Shown here: positions 1 to 9,652 of the stretch, one piece after another
Position numbering within the stretch: the stretch's first letter is position 1
Layout of the letters: the number at the start of each line of letters is the position of its first letter
Assembly (NCBI GenBank): GCA_964652235.1
Contig: CAZZDK010000005.1
Span: 29,922-93,921, forward strand
Reading direction: 5' to 3'
DNA: 64,000 nt
Source: an uncultured Rhodospirillaceae bacterium
GTDB lineage: Bacteria; Pseudomonadota; Alphaproteobacteria; UBA9219
Position numbers and translations under genes: made by a program
Notes under the pieces: model-generated
Databases searched by the model: none
What the model was told of the DNA's origin: nothing
The model's input: only the letters and a program-made list of their open reading frames with translations

Positions 1-11
1 GACAACCTCTT

Positions 12-842
12 TCATGCGGCCTCGCGAATTTTTTGCAGAAGCTTCGTGAAAAGCTCTTCATATTTTGGCAAGGCGTCGATGATCGTCTGTCCTTTAGCGT
101 AAGTCTCGGCAATACGGCGGTCATCAGGAATGGTGGCCAGAAGCGCGATCTTCTCGGCTTCAAGATAGGGGCGAACAAGCGCGTCTTTCTCTTCTGCGCG
201 ATTGATGACGACACCGAAAGGCAACCCTAGTTCGCGCACCACATCCACGGCAAGGCGAAGATCGTTCAATCCAAAGGGCGTCGGCTCGGTCACCAACACG
301 ACAAAATCCGCTTCGCGCAGCGTGGCTATAACAGGACATGAGGTCCCGGGCGGCGCATCGATGATGACGAGATCGCCTTGCGCCTCTTCTTTGACGGCGC
401 GAATAAGCGGCGGGTCCAGCGCAATGCCAATATCGAGTTTACCCTGAACAAGCGTGATCGCGCCGCAAGAGAATATTTCGACAACGCCGATCCGTTTGTC
501 GATTTCATGAATGGCTTTTTGCGGACAAACACGCATGCAGCCTCCGCAACCGTGGCACATCTCATGCGAGATCACCGGAACAGTCCCGAAAGAGACGATA
601 GCGTTAAAGGCGCAAAAATCGCTGCACATGCCGCAGCCGTCGCATTTGGCTTCATCAACCTCAGGCACAGGGATTGTCACAATGCGCTGGCGGATAAGAT
701 CGCCCCGCAAAAACAAATGCGCGTTCGGCGCTTCCACATCGCAATCCAGCAAGCGCACAGGAATCTTCGCCGCCAGAGCCAGATTGATAGCCAACGTCGT
801 TTTCCCTGTCCCGCCTTTACCGGATGCGACAGCGATTTTCAT
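12..842 (-). CDS. MinD/ParA-type P-loop ATPase with inserted 2x[4Fe-4S] ferredoxin domain
   Basis: Deviant Walker A SGKGGTGKT; CxxCxxCxxxC and CHGCGGCMRVCP motifs. A further gene, probably the usual paralog (MKEVV...), starts at 15 and runs off the left edge. Confidence 0.85.
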   Translation of the reverse strand: MKIAVASGKGGTGKTTLAINLALAAKIPVRLLDCDVEAPNAHLFLRGDLIRQRIVTIPVPEVDEAKCDGCGMCSDFCAFNAIVSFGTVPVISHEMCHGCGGCMRVCPQKAIHEIDKRIGVVEIFSCGAITLVQGKLDIGIALDPPLIRAVKEEAQGDLVIIDAPPGTSCPVIATLREADFVVLVTEPTPFGLNDLRLAVDVVRELGLPFGVVINRAEEKDALVRPYLEAEKIALLATIPDDRRIAETYAKGQTIIDALPKYEELFTKLLQKIREAA

Positions 843-1177
843 GCCGCCGTGATTTCCGGCAGCTCTTCAGCTTCAAATGCCGCCAAGGCGTCGGCCACAG
901 AAACATTTTTGGCCGAATGGATTTTGACGTTTGCTTGCTTCAACGCATTGAACGCCTTCGGGCCGCAATCACCCGTCACCATAACTTTGACTCCGGCTTT
1001 GACGATGGTTTCCGCTGCCTTGATGCCCGCGCCTTGGCCTGCGTCAGCATAAGCGTTTTTGATTGCTTCAGCCTCTTTTGTTTGCGTGTCATAGATCAAA
1101 AAGAACGCGGCGCGACCAAAGCGGGGATCCATCGGCGCGGATAAATCCGTGCCAGTTGTTGAGAAAGCTATTTTCAT
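839..1177 (-). CDS. NifB/NifX-family Fe-Mo cofactor-binding-domain protein
   Basis: RFGRAAFFLIYD and GAGIKAA motifs; 112 aa; coupled to neighbouring genes. Confidence 0.8.
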   Translation of the reverse strand: MKIAFSTTGTDLSAPMDPRFGRAAFFLIYDTQTKEAEAIKNAYADAGQGAGIKAAETIVKAGVKVMVTGDCGPKAFNALKQANVKIHSAKNVSVADALAAFEAEELPEITAA

Positions 1178-1497
1178 TTCTTTTTTCCTTTGCCTGTTAG
1201 GGGCGGTTCAATCCGCTCAAAATCGCCGCCTTCGATTTCCAATGCGCCACCTTCGATAATTGCCTTGGCGATGGCCTTGCGAGCGCTGGAGAGAATGCGC
1301 GAGAAAGTCGGGCGCGAGATGCCCATTAACTTCGCAGCTTCTTCCTGTTCCATATTTTTATAGTCGGACAGATGCAGGGCTTCGTATTCCTCGTCCTTCA
1401 GCTTGACGACTTCCAGATCGCAAAGAGGGATCCCGCGTGGCTTGAAGAACCGCGCCATTGGGCTTGAGCGAACAAGGCGGCATTTGCGAGGGCGCAT
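1174..1497 (-). CDS. DUF134-type HTH DNA-binding protein
   Basis: FFKPRGIP...EEYEALHLSD...QEEAAKLMGISRPTFSRIL pattern. Confidence 0.8.
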   Translation of the reverse strand: MRPRKCRLVRSSPMARFFKPRGIPLCDLEVVKLKDEEYEALHLSDYKNMEQEEAAKLMGISRPTFSRILSSARKAIAKAIIEGGALEIEGGDFERIEPPLTGKGKKK

Positions 1498-1500
1498 GAT

Positions 1501-2199
1501 TTAGATCCATTCCCCGATCATGGCGACGCCGAGGCCAAGGATAAGTAAACCCGCGATCAGATGCAGATAACGGATGTTTTTATCCTTCCAATCTTGCACG
1601 TCTTCAACGCGGCTGAGGCCCATATAAACCACCAGTGTGATCAGCAACATCGGCGAGATGAAGATCACGTTATAGAGAAGCAATGTCGGCAAGGTTTTGA
1701 TGATGTCCATGACCGACAGCAATCCACCTAAAATAATATAGGGACCGATGGTGCAAGGCAGAAGAAACAGCGTGACCAAAAGGCCAACGACAAAAGCTCC
1801 TGCAGGGGACGTGACTTTTGCGATCAACGCCTTGACCTTGGGTCGCCAACTGACGGGCATTTCTGTGCCAAAACTGCCGACTTTGTAGGCGAAGAAATCC
1901 TTGATCTGAAGCGCACCCAAGATGACCGCAACGCCGCCAAGCCCTTTATAAAGGAACGGGCGCGCCCATGTGATCTCCTGAACGAGTTGGAACGACTTGA
2001 TAATGAACAAGCCGTAGATCAAATACATGATGAACACGGCCAAGCTGAACGAAAGCCCAGCCCAAATGATGTTCGCTTTCTTATGCGGATTATAAGCGAT
2101 GATGGACACCAGCAGCATCGTAAGCACCGCAAACTCGCAGGGGTTTACGGCATCGACGAGCGCGAGCGAGATAACTTTTCCTAAAGAAACTTCTTCCAT
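1501..2199 (-). CDS. CcdA/DsbD-like transmembrane electron-transfer protein
   Basis: About six hydrophobic segments with two Pro-Cys motifs (NPCEFAVL, LPCTIGPY). Confidence 0.7.
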   Translation of the reverse strand: MEEVSLGKVISLALVDAVNPCEFAVLTMLLVSIIAYNPHKKANIIWAGLSFSLAVFIMYLIYGLFIIKSFQLVQEITWARPFLYKGLGGVAVILGALQIKDFFAYKVGSFGTEMPVSWRPKVKALIAKVTSPAGAFVVGLLVTLFLLPCTIGPYIILGGLLSVMDIIKTLPTLLLYNVIFISPMLLITLVVYMGLSRVEDVQDWKDKNIRYLHLIAGLLILGLGVAMIGEWI

Positions 2200-2210
2200 A
2201 ACAACCTCCT

Positions 2211-2888
2211 TTAATCACGCAGCAAAAGCCAACCGTTGAAGGCACAAGCCTTTGCAAAAATAACCTTGTCGTCCGACAGGGCGACTTCTTTCTCGGCGAC
2301 GGGCGCGCAACCTTGCGGCTCTGTCCCATCGACCACGAACGATTTGATCGCGTCGCTTTCCTGTGACGCCATGTCCTTGCGGATCGCCACGCGGTTCTTA
2401 AACCAAATCTTCGGTAAACGTGGCAAATCAGCCAAAGGCAGCGACATAAAAGGACGCGCTCCGGCAGGTAGAACCACGCCGTTGCCCTTGTTTTTGGCAA
2501 TCAGCGAATCCAGCGATTCCAGAATGGGTGTATCGCCCACGACCGCGCCGCCTTTTTTACCTTCGGTCACAACCATCGGCACGCCCAGTCCTGTATTAAA
2601 TTGTTTGTCATAGGCCATCAAAAGCGGAGCGTTCGCGTTGTCGCGATAAATCTCATATTCGATGACCAGTAGACTGCCTTGCCGAATTTTCTGTTTCAGC
2701 AAAACAGGATCGACATTCGCGCAATGGGGACAGCCGATGCCGGTGAAATACACGAAAGAAGTCACATCGCCCATCAAGGGCTTCGTAATGTTTGATGCTT
2801 GTGGTTCCGCCGCCTGTACGCTACCAACCGAAAAAATGAATGCAAAACACGTGCAGACAAGAACATGCCTGAAAGTCGCCTTCCTCAT
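2211..2888 (-). CDS. Exported thioredoxin-fold protein
   Basis: Signal-peptide-like N-terminus and CPHC motif; directly upstream of the CcdA-like gene. Confidence 0.6.
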   Translation of the reverse strand: MRKATFRHVLVCTCFAFIFSVGSVQAAEPQASNITKPLMGDVTSFVYFTGIGCPHCANVDPVLLKQKIRQGSLLVIEYEIYRDNANAPLLMAYDKQFNTGLGVPMVVTEGKKGGAVVGDTPILESLDSLIAKNKGNGVVLPAGARPFMSLPLADLPRLPKIWFKNRVAIRKDMASQESDAIKSFVVDGTEPQGCAPVAEKEVALSDDKVIFAKACAFNGWLLLRD

Positions 2889-3105
2889 GCCTAAGATCCT
2901 TTCAACGCCATCAATCCCACTTATGAACAGGCGTTCATAATGTTCCGCTCGTGCTTAAGTGTCAAGGGAGGCCTTTGGTCAACAAACAAGAAATCAATAA
3001 CCCCTTATAAAATCGTAATAAATGAATTTGATGCAGACAGAACGCATCACCCGCAAACCATTTGAGCGAAAACGAAAAAGTGGGTTAAGTCATTGACGAA
3101 TTAGG

Positions 3106-3133
3106 AACTGGACTTTTTTCCAAAAGTCCAGTT
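3106..3133. repeat. Perfect 12-bp inverted repeat AACTGGACTTTT-ttcc-AAAAGTCCAGTT
   Basis: Read directly; the ACTGGAC core recurs at ~3200-3208 (minus) and 3424-3433 (plus). Confidence 0.8.
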
Positions 3134-3288
3134 ACCACAGAGAGAAGTGGCCCAGAGAGAGGGCAAAAAGGGCGTTTGGGGGGAATATCAGGGGCGCGGA
3201 GTCCAGTTACAAAATGCGAAAACGCCGCATTTCCTTGCGTTTTTGTGCCACGCTTACAAAACAGAGAATCCGGTTTTGTAACAGTAAT

Positions 3289-3311
3289 TGGCGGAGGGAA
3301 CGTGACTCGAA
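3289..3311 (-). other. tRNA-Ser-like 3' remnant, putative att site
   Basis: Minus strand reads TTCGAGT-CACGT-TCCCTCC-G-CCA, the exact spacing of T-loop, T-stem, acceptor strand, G73 and CCA; there is no 5' half. Confidence 0.5.
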
Positions 3312-3517
3312 ACGAACATGCTCTGAATTAATGCATTGATTTTGAACGATTCCCGTCAGAGCCGCCGGGGTTTCGTGGCCAAAGGCCGTTATGTGAAAGT
3401 GCGCCTCGACCATCGATAACGCTACTGGACTTTCTATTAAAATTACTCAACCCTTTTGAAGGGCATTGTCGCACAGACTGCACAACTTTGGCACAACATT
3501 GGACAGTAAAAAACCTT

Positions 3518-4288
3518 ATGAGAATTATCAGTTTCAGCGACCTTCATCTTGAATTCGGGTCCGACATAAAGCCGCCTTCGGCGAACGATGCCGATGTGAT
3601 GGTTCTTGCGGGCGATGTCCTTTCGTTGAAGAAATATCTTCCCTTTGAGCGTTATCTTGAAAACTGGAAAAAGCCGGTTCTGATCGTCATGGGCAATCAC
3701 GAATACTACACACGAACCCCTATGGACGAGGAAGAAAAGAAGTTTACGGCGTGGTTGGCCGAAGATCACCCGAACGTCCATCTATTGCTGAACAACGAGA
3801 TTTCCATCGGCGGCGTCAATTTTTTCGGCGGCACGATGTGGACGGATTTTGCAGGCGGCGATGAGATGGCCATGAACTCCGCGCAACGTCAGATGAACGA
3901 TTTCCGTTTGATAAAAACCGCCGAAGGAAAGACGTTGGGGCCTTCAGATACGATCATCTACCACGAGACTTTCTTAAAAAAGCTGAAGACGTGGCTCGCC
4001 AAGGATATGTCGGGGCCGCGCGTGATCATCACACATCATTCGCCGGTGCTTAATCCGAATACCCGATACAAAGAAAGCCCCTACATGTACGCATTCAACT
4101 CGCTGGATATGACGGATATCATCAGGAAACATCGACCAGATTTGTGGATTTATGGTCACACGCACGAGTGCGACGACCAAACCATCGGCAAAACCCGCAT
4201 CATCTCGAACCAGCTTGGTTATCCAGATAAAGCCGGCGGTTATGAATGTGCCGGATTTGATGAAGGCGGGAAGCCCGTCGATTTGTGA
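3518..4288 (+). CDS. Calcineurin-like metallophosphoesterase
   Basis: DLH, GD, GNHE, HH and GHTH metal-binding motifs. Confidence 0.85.
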   Translation: MRIISFSDLHLEFGSDIKPPSANDADVMVLAGDVLSLKKYLPFERYLENWKKPVLIVMGNHEYYTRTPMDEEEKKFTAWLAEDHPNVHLLLNNEISIGGVNFFGGTMWTDFAGGDEMAMNSAQRQMNDFRLIKTAEGKTLGPSDTIIYHETFLKKLKTWLAKDMSGPRVIITHHSPVLNPNTRYKESPYMYAFNSLDMTDIIRKHRPDLWIYGHTHECDDQTIGKTRIISNQLGYPDKAGGYECAGFDEGGKPVDL

Positions 4289-4494
4289 CCCGTTTTTGCA
4301 CGAAAAATGAAGACGTTACCCCGTTGAGCGAGAACATTTTGACAAACCCGCCATTGTTCTTTAATTGAACCCAAGTCCCACCCGAACAAAGAGGGATCAA
4401 AGATGGCTGGTGACACCACCATAGCCCACATCTGGCTACGCACCATAACGTCTATTCCGGACGAACCTCTCTTTTCTGTTTCTACCATTCCCCC

Positions 4495-4515
4495 GCGCCG
4501 AAAGGCGCTTTTTTT
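4495..4515 (+). terminator. Intrinsic terminator / attenuator upstream of pyrE-like gene
   Basis: GCGCC-GAAA-GGCGC followed by T7, ~35 nt before the ATG at 4550. Confidence 0.65.
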
Positions 4516-4549
4516 ATGCCCCAAATCACAACCCGCGAAAGGAGCGAAA

Positions 4550-5188
4550 ATGACCGAACAAGAATTCTTGGAAATACTGAGAGAGACAGGCGGCTACATC
4601 ACCGGAAGCCATATTGTCGCGACGTCCGGAAAGCATCTTGATGCTTATTTGAATAAAGACGCGATTTATCCCCATACCAGCGCTGTGTTGGCGGTGTGCA
4701 AGGCCATGGCTGAATTGTTCGCGAACGAGAACATTGAGGCGGTTGTCGGACCATCGCTGGGCGGGATCATTCTTTCACAATGGACGGCATATCATCTCAG
4801 CGAAATCACGGGCAAAGAAGTCCTTGGCATCTATACCGAGAAAAACGCGGAGAAAGATCAAATCCTGACGCGAGGCTATGACGCTCTCGTTCGCGGGAAG
4901 CGGGTTCTGGTGGTCGAGGATATTCTCACGACTGGTGGGTCGTTGGCGAAAGTCGTTCGCACCGTCAAGGCAGCCGGAGGCACGGTCGTTGCGGCCTGCG
5001 CGATGGTCAACCGCGATCCGGATAAAATCGATGATGTCGTCATCGGCGCGCCGCTCAAAACTTTGGCTTCTCTTCGCTTGCCTTCATGGGATGAGGCCGA
5101 TTGCCCTATGTGCAGAAATAAAATGCCGATTAACGTGACGGTTGGCAAAGGGCGTGAATATCTGGCGAAGAAAGGAGCGGCTCAATGA
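4550..5188 (+). CDS. pyrE: Orotate phosphoribosyltransferase-like type I PRTase
   Basis: TSGKHLDAY N-terminal motif, PRPP-binding VVEDILTTGGS, RBS AGGAG; an in-frame upstream ATG exists at 4403. Confidence 0.7.
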   Translation: MTEQEFLEILRETGGYITGSHIVATSGKHLDAYLNKDAIYPHTSAVLAVCKAMAELFANENIEAVVGPSLGGIILSQWTAYHLSEITGKEVLGIYTEKNAEKDQILTRGYDALVRGKRVLVVEDILTTGGSLAKVVRTVKAAGGTVVAACAMVNRDPDKIDDVVIGAPLKTLASLRLPSWDEADCPMCRNKMPINVTVGKGREYLAKKGAAQ

Positions 5189-5832
5189 AAAATGCGCAAA
5201 ACATTCTCTTCGATCTCGACGGCACAATCAGCGATCCGAAGCAAGGCATTACCAAAAGCATCGCATATGCTTTACAGGAATTGGGGCATGCGCCGCCGCC
5301 ACTTGAAGAACTGACGGCCTTCATAGGCCCGCCTCTGAAGAATGCCTTTGAGGAAATGCTCGGTAGCGCCGAGCAAGCCGAAAAGGCTCTGTCCCTCTAT
5401 CGTTACCGATATAACGAAGAAGGACGCGGGATGATCGAGAATATTCTTTATCCCGCTATTCCAGAAACGCTTGCCGCCTTAAAGAAAGTGGGAAAACGCC
5501 TTTTTATCGCGACCTCGAAACCGCACATTATCGCAACAAAGGCCGTTCATCATTTCGGTTTGCTTGATCTCTTCTCAAAAATCTACGGCCCAGAACTTGA
5601 CGGCACGCGCAACGACAAGGGCGAGTTGATCGCTCATCTTCTCGCCAACGAAAACATCGCGCCGGAAGATGCCGTCATGATCGGCGACAGAAAGCACGAC
5701 ATCATCGGCGCGGCCAATAACGGCGTTTCCGGGATTGGCGCTCTGTGGGGCTACGGCTCGGCGGAAGAATTGCGAAAGGCAGGCGCAGCAGCACTTTCCG
5801 AAAAGCCAGAGGACTTACTGAGTCTATTCTAA
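5185..5832 (+). CDS. HAD-family phosphatase
   Basis: FDLDGT, ATSKP and MIGDRKHD motifs; ATGA-coupled to the PRTase. Confidence 0.85.
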   Translation: MKNAQNILFDLDGTISDPKQGITKSIAYALQELGHAPPPLEELTAFIGPPLKNAFEEMLGSAEQAEKALSLYRYRYNEEGRGMIENILYPAIPETLAALKKVGKRLFIATSKPHIIATKAVHHFGLLDLFSKIYGPELDGTRNDKGELIAHLLANENIAPEDAVMIGDRKHDIIGAANNGVSGIGALWGYGSAEELRKAGAAALSEKPEDLLSLF

Positions 5833-7028
5833 GCCGTGGCCTTTTCAGCCTTGTAAAGCTTGAAATAGACCATTGCCGTGGGCGCGGTGATAAGCAGAAT
5901 GACAAGCAAGGATTCCGCCGCGCCGAAATGGTCGGCAAGAACGCCCGCGAGGATTGATCCAACGCCGCCGACCAGGGCCCCCGCAAAGGAAATCAGCGAT
6001 CCCATCGTCGAGCGCTGGGCGGCGGAAAAGTTTTCCTGTTTCAAAGCGCCGTCCGCCGTCATTCCAACGGCATAGGACAATTGCGTCGTCAGCATCAAAA
6101 TTGGCGAGAAGAACGTGGCCATCGCATAGGCGATGCCGGAGGCGATATAGGAATAAACCGTCGCGCCGAGAAGCGATTTCATCAGGCCAACCCTTTTCGT
6201 GATGCGCCCCGCGCACCAGAAGGAAACGGCCCCGAGCCCGTTCTGTCCCGCGCGATAGAGGGGCGTCAGCCATGCGGGCCAGACGGCATCGACGAAACCG
6301 GGTGTGAAGTTATGCGCCGCATCGCCCATGCCGCGCTTGATCGCGCCCGCGATGGCGAGACCGCGAAGGCGCGGATTGCGGATAATTAGTTTAAGCGCCT
6401 CTTTCATGTGCTTTAGATTTTCGACGCCTTTGGCTTTATGCGTGGGTGGCTCAACTAAGAACAGTGTCATAAGAAAAGCGCTGAAAACGGGAATGATAGA
6501 GAGAGCGACGAGATGCTTGTAGCCAAAGCCAAGATAAAGCAACGCCATCGCTATAACGCCTGAAAGAGCAAGCCCAATTTGCGCCATGGAATAAACGCGC
6601 CCGATCATCTTGGCCGCTTCTTTCGTGCGGCGATAATGAAGCAGCGTCTCATAGAGCAACGCATCGTTATTGCCCGAATACATGGAGTTTGCAAAGCCGA
6701 TGCAGAACGCGCCCGCATAAAGGAGTGCAAGGCCAAAAGAAACATGAAAAGAAAGAGCCAACAAGATGATGCCCAAGACCTCGGCGATTGAGCCAAGAAT
6801 GAAAGTCATGAGCCGCCCGATCTTGTCGGAGAAAACGCCGGTCGGGATTTCGAGAAGCGCCTGCGACACGCTCATGACGGCAAAAACGCCCATCGCATCG
6901 GCGAAGGATCCCGTGACTTCACGGTACGCCAGCACGGCCACAGGATAGAATAACTGCATAGAGCCGAAAAGCGCGTTCCAAGGCAAAAGATGAAGATTGC
7001 GGCGAAGATTGTTGGGTTTATGCGTCAT
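5829..7028 (-). CDS. MFS exporter (paralog A)
   Basis: 399 aa, ~12 hydrophobic segments, motif-A-like GVFSDKIGR. Confidence 0.85.
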   Translation of the reverse strand: MTHKPNNLRRNLHLLPWNALFGSMQLFYPVAVLAYREVTGSFADAMGVFAVMSVSQALLEIPTGVFSDKIGRLMTFILGSIAEVLGIILLALSFHVSFGLALLYAGAFCIGFANSMYSGNNDALLYETLLHYRRTKEAAKMIGRVYSMAQIGLALSGVIAMALLYLGFGYKHLVALSIIPVFSAFLMTLFLVEPPTHKAKGVENLKHMKEALKLIIRNPRLRGLAIAGAIKRGMGDAAHNFTPGFVDAVWPAWLTPLYRAGQNGLGAVSFWCAGRITKRVGLMKSLLGATVYSYIASGIAYAMATFFSPILMLTTQLSYAVGMTADGALKQENFSAAQRSTMGSLISFAGALVGGVGSILAGVLADHFGAAESLLVILLITAPTAMVYFKLYKAEKATA

Positions 7029-7921
7029 GTCTTGCCTTCAACTCTGTAATCCTCTTTCAGCAGCGCAAGCCGCCAGTCTGCGGCGCGGGTAAAGCCGAGT
7101 GATTGATAAACACGAATGGCATCGGGACGCGAAGCGAAAAGCGTCGCTTCACGCAAGGCGGGACGTTCCTGCATCAGGACTTTGAGGCCGTGCCCTGTCA
7201 CCAACCGCCCATAGCCTCGATTGCGCAGCTCAACAGGCGTCCAGACGGGACCGATAATGACCGTTTCGGGAATGTTGCCGCCGATGCCGCAGAAGGAGAC
7301 GGGATTGCCCGCGTTTTCCAACATGAAGGTTTGTTTGCTCTTCAGCCAATGATCAACTTCCTTCTCGACCGAGGCTTTCAGGTTCGGTCCCGGCTCGGCA
7401 TTGTTGGCTTCGATGTTGAAAGCCATGCGCCAGTCGATCAACAAGGCGCGGTCTTTGTCTTCCGCCAACCGCAAAGAAAGACCTTCCAGCAAAGGCGGTA
7501 ACCGCATGTCCTTTAGATCGAGACGAAAAAGCCAGTCGTCGCCATATCTGCGAAAAGCTTCCGGCGGAAGGGCAAGAGCCGAAATAACGGCATCGACGTG
7601 CGACGCGAGGCCAAGAATAGCCTCAATCTTGCCGCCTCGTTTTACAATGGCGGGCCGAATCGCTTTTGCCAGCGCGGGCAGACATGCGGGATCCTCGGCG
7701 AAGACGAGGACGGTCGGAAGCCATGTGTAGGTGATAACGCCGACAAGCCGATCACCATCGAACGCGCCGAAATATTCAGCCTGCAACGGCTTGCCTTCAT
7801 AGATAAGCCCCGCCGCAACGGCGTTCGAGCGCAGGTAATACGTCTCCGCCGTGTGCGGGGCCAGAAAGGCGTCAAGCGTGGCGGCGTCTGTGGGGAACAA
7901 GGGACGAGTTGTGATGATCAT
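7025..7921 (-). CDS. GNAT acetyltransferase (two-domain)
   Basis: C-terminal VWTPVELRNRGYG and VYQSLGF acetyl-CoA motifs. Confidence 0.8.
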   Translation of the reverse strand: MIITTRPLFPTDAATLDAFLAPHTAETYYLRSNAVAAGLIYEGKPLQAEYFGAFDGDRLVGVITYTWLPTVLVFAEDPACLPALAKAIRPAIVKRGGKIEAILGLASHVDAVISALALPPEAFRRYGDDWLFRLDLKDMRLPPLLEGLSLRLAEDKDRALLIDWRMAFNIEANNAEPGPNLKASVEKEVDHWLKSKQTFMLENAGNPVSFCGIGGNIPETVIIGPVWTPVELRNRGYGRLVTGHGLKVLMQERPALREATLFASRPDAIRVYQSLGFTRAADWRLALLKEDYRVEGKT

Positions 7922-7936
7922 AGTTATCCTTACTTA

Positions 7937-8821
7937 TTAAAAAGCTAAAGTCGGTTGAAGCATAAATGGGCAATCTACGTCGAGCCTTCCGCGAACCATA
8001 AGAACATTCTTCTTCCGGCACGGGGCTTCCGTTCCCTTCCATGCCAAAAGATCAGAAGGAAAGTGCGTTTCAATTTTTTGTGGAGCGCAATCCAACGCGC
8101 CAAGGATTTGGGCAAGCGTCGGTATTTTCTGACCAACAATGTCGAGGAGACAAAGCGTGCCGCCTTCTTTATGTCGAAGTGCGACAATCACCTGCAGGGC
8201 AGGAAGATGGTAGAGGCACAGGCCTTCTGTGCCCATCGCGTTCAAAACAAACATGCCCGGAAGACCGCAGATCGACGCGACGCTCGATGCAGGACTGCGT
8301 TTCAGCAACATTTGTCGCAAGAGATCCCGATCCTTTTGGGACTCCCAAGAGAGCTTATAGGCGCAGGCTTCGCCGACAGCCTCCGGCGGCTTGCCAACAA
8401 AGAAATGCTCCTGCACGCTGCGAAAACCGAAGGGAAGATAGAAGTCCGGTATTGATGTGTGCAGCAAAACCAAATCCGATTGCTTATCACACCAAGCCAA
8501 GGCGCGGTCCAAAAGATCGCGGCTTAGCCCGCGATGACGATAGATTGGACGTGTAGCAACAGACTGAATTCCCAAGGCCTTCACCTGACTTCCGGAAAGA
8601 AGCAGGGGCACATTGATCGCGCTGGCATTGGCAACGCAGTTTCCTTTTTTGTCGAGATAGGAAAAGGAACGATAGGTCGGCTCAAACAGGCCAAAAGTTC
8701 TCAGTGGTTCAACGTCCAAACCAAAGGTATCCGCAAGAAGTCGCATAACCGATTGGAAAACAGGCGCTTCGTCGTCGTTATTTTCCTGATATGCAAGTTC
8801 TGTTGATACCGTTTTGCTCAT
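7937..8821 (-). CDS. GNAT acetyltransferase, Eis-like architecture
   Basis: IQSVATRPIYRHRGLS and FYLPFGF motifs plus a C-terminal extension. Confidence 0.75.
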   Translation of the reverse strand: MSKTVSTELAYQENNDDEAPVFQSVMRLLADTFGLDVEPLRTFGLFEPTYRSFSYLDKKGNCVANASAINVPLLLSGSQVKALGIQSVATRPIYRHRGLSRDLLDRALAWCDKQSDLVLLHTSIPDFYLPFGFRSVQEHFFVGKPPEAVGEACAYKLSWESQKDRDLLRQMLLKRSPASSVASICGLPGMFVLNAMGTEGLCLYHLPALQVIVALRHKEGGTLCLLDIVGQKIPTLAQILGALDCAPQKIETHFPSDLLAWKGTEAPCRKKNVLMVRGRLDVDCPFMLQPTLAF

Positions 8822-8860
8822 CTGATCCTGCTTATCACGCGATATATGCTCGATCAGAGA

Positions 8861-9652
8861 TTATTGTCGCCCTAAGGCCGTCAGGCAAGATTCAAATTCT
8901 GCCGATAAGTCTGTGTCCTCAGACCCTTCCCTCGTAAAAAACGCTCCGCCGACCAAGTAGCAATTATTGGTGAAAAAGGCTTTGCCTTCGGCTTTCATAT
9001 CGTGGATCCGTCTTTGGACGACATCCTGTCTGCTGTACACGCCAAAGGACATTTTGGTGATTTGGAAATCCGTTATTTTGTATCCAAGGCTAGAAGCATG
9101 CCGCAGCAGATCCTTTGGATTTGAGTAGCTGGAGACCAGCAACAAGACGTTTGGGCACCCCGTCGACAGAAGTGCCTTGCTGATATCGATGCCGTCTTCC
9201 CCACCGCAAAGATCTGGCAACGTCAAAACACTCCTGTCAAGGGCCGGAAGATAAGGCGGGTTGGCAATTAGATACTCGGCGTCGACTGCGCTATCGGCGG
9301 CAAAAAACGATTGATGATGAACCGTGTATTGTCTGGACAGGCCAAATTCTTCGATCAAGGATATTGCCGTTTCGACAGCCTCGCCGTTGATTTCATAACC
9401 CTCAACGGGTCCCAGATAATTGGAGTTGATAAGCGCCGATATGACGGGTTCGCCCGTGCCGGACCCAAATTCTACAATTTTTGAAATCTTGTCGTTGTCC
9501 TGAAGCTTGTTGAACACAAGCTGTTCAAGCGCACCTGAATAACGTCTCGACTCTTCCGGGCAAAAGAATTTTTTGCGCGTGTCGTTAAAGGTCGTTCGCG
9601 CAGACGGTTTCTGAAAAGCCAAATGTTCGGCAGCATGATGTGTAAAATGCAT
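8861..9652 (-). CDS. Class I SAM-dependent methyltransferase with NPPY motif (HemK-like amine N-MTase)
   Basis: VEFGSGTG SAM-binding loop and LIANPPY motif. Confidence 0.75.
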   Translation of the reverse strand: MHFTHHAAEHLAFQKPSARTTFNDTRKKFFCPEESRRYSGALEQLVFNKLQDNDKISKIVEFGSGTGEPVISALINSNYLGPVEGYEINGEAVETAISLIEEFGLSRQYTVHHQSFFAADSAVDAEYLIANPPYLPALDRSVLTLPDLCGGEDGIDISKALLSTGCPNVLLLVSSYSNPKDLLRHASSLGYKITDFQITKMSFGVYSRQDVVQRRIHDMKAEGKAFFTNNCYLVGGAFFTREGSEDTDLSAEFESCLTALGRQ

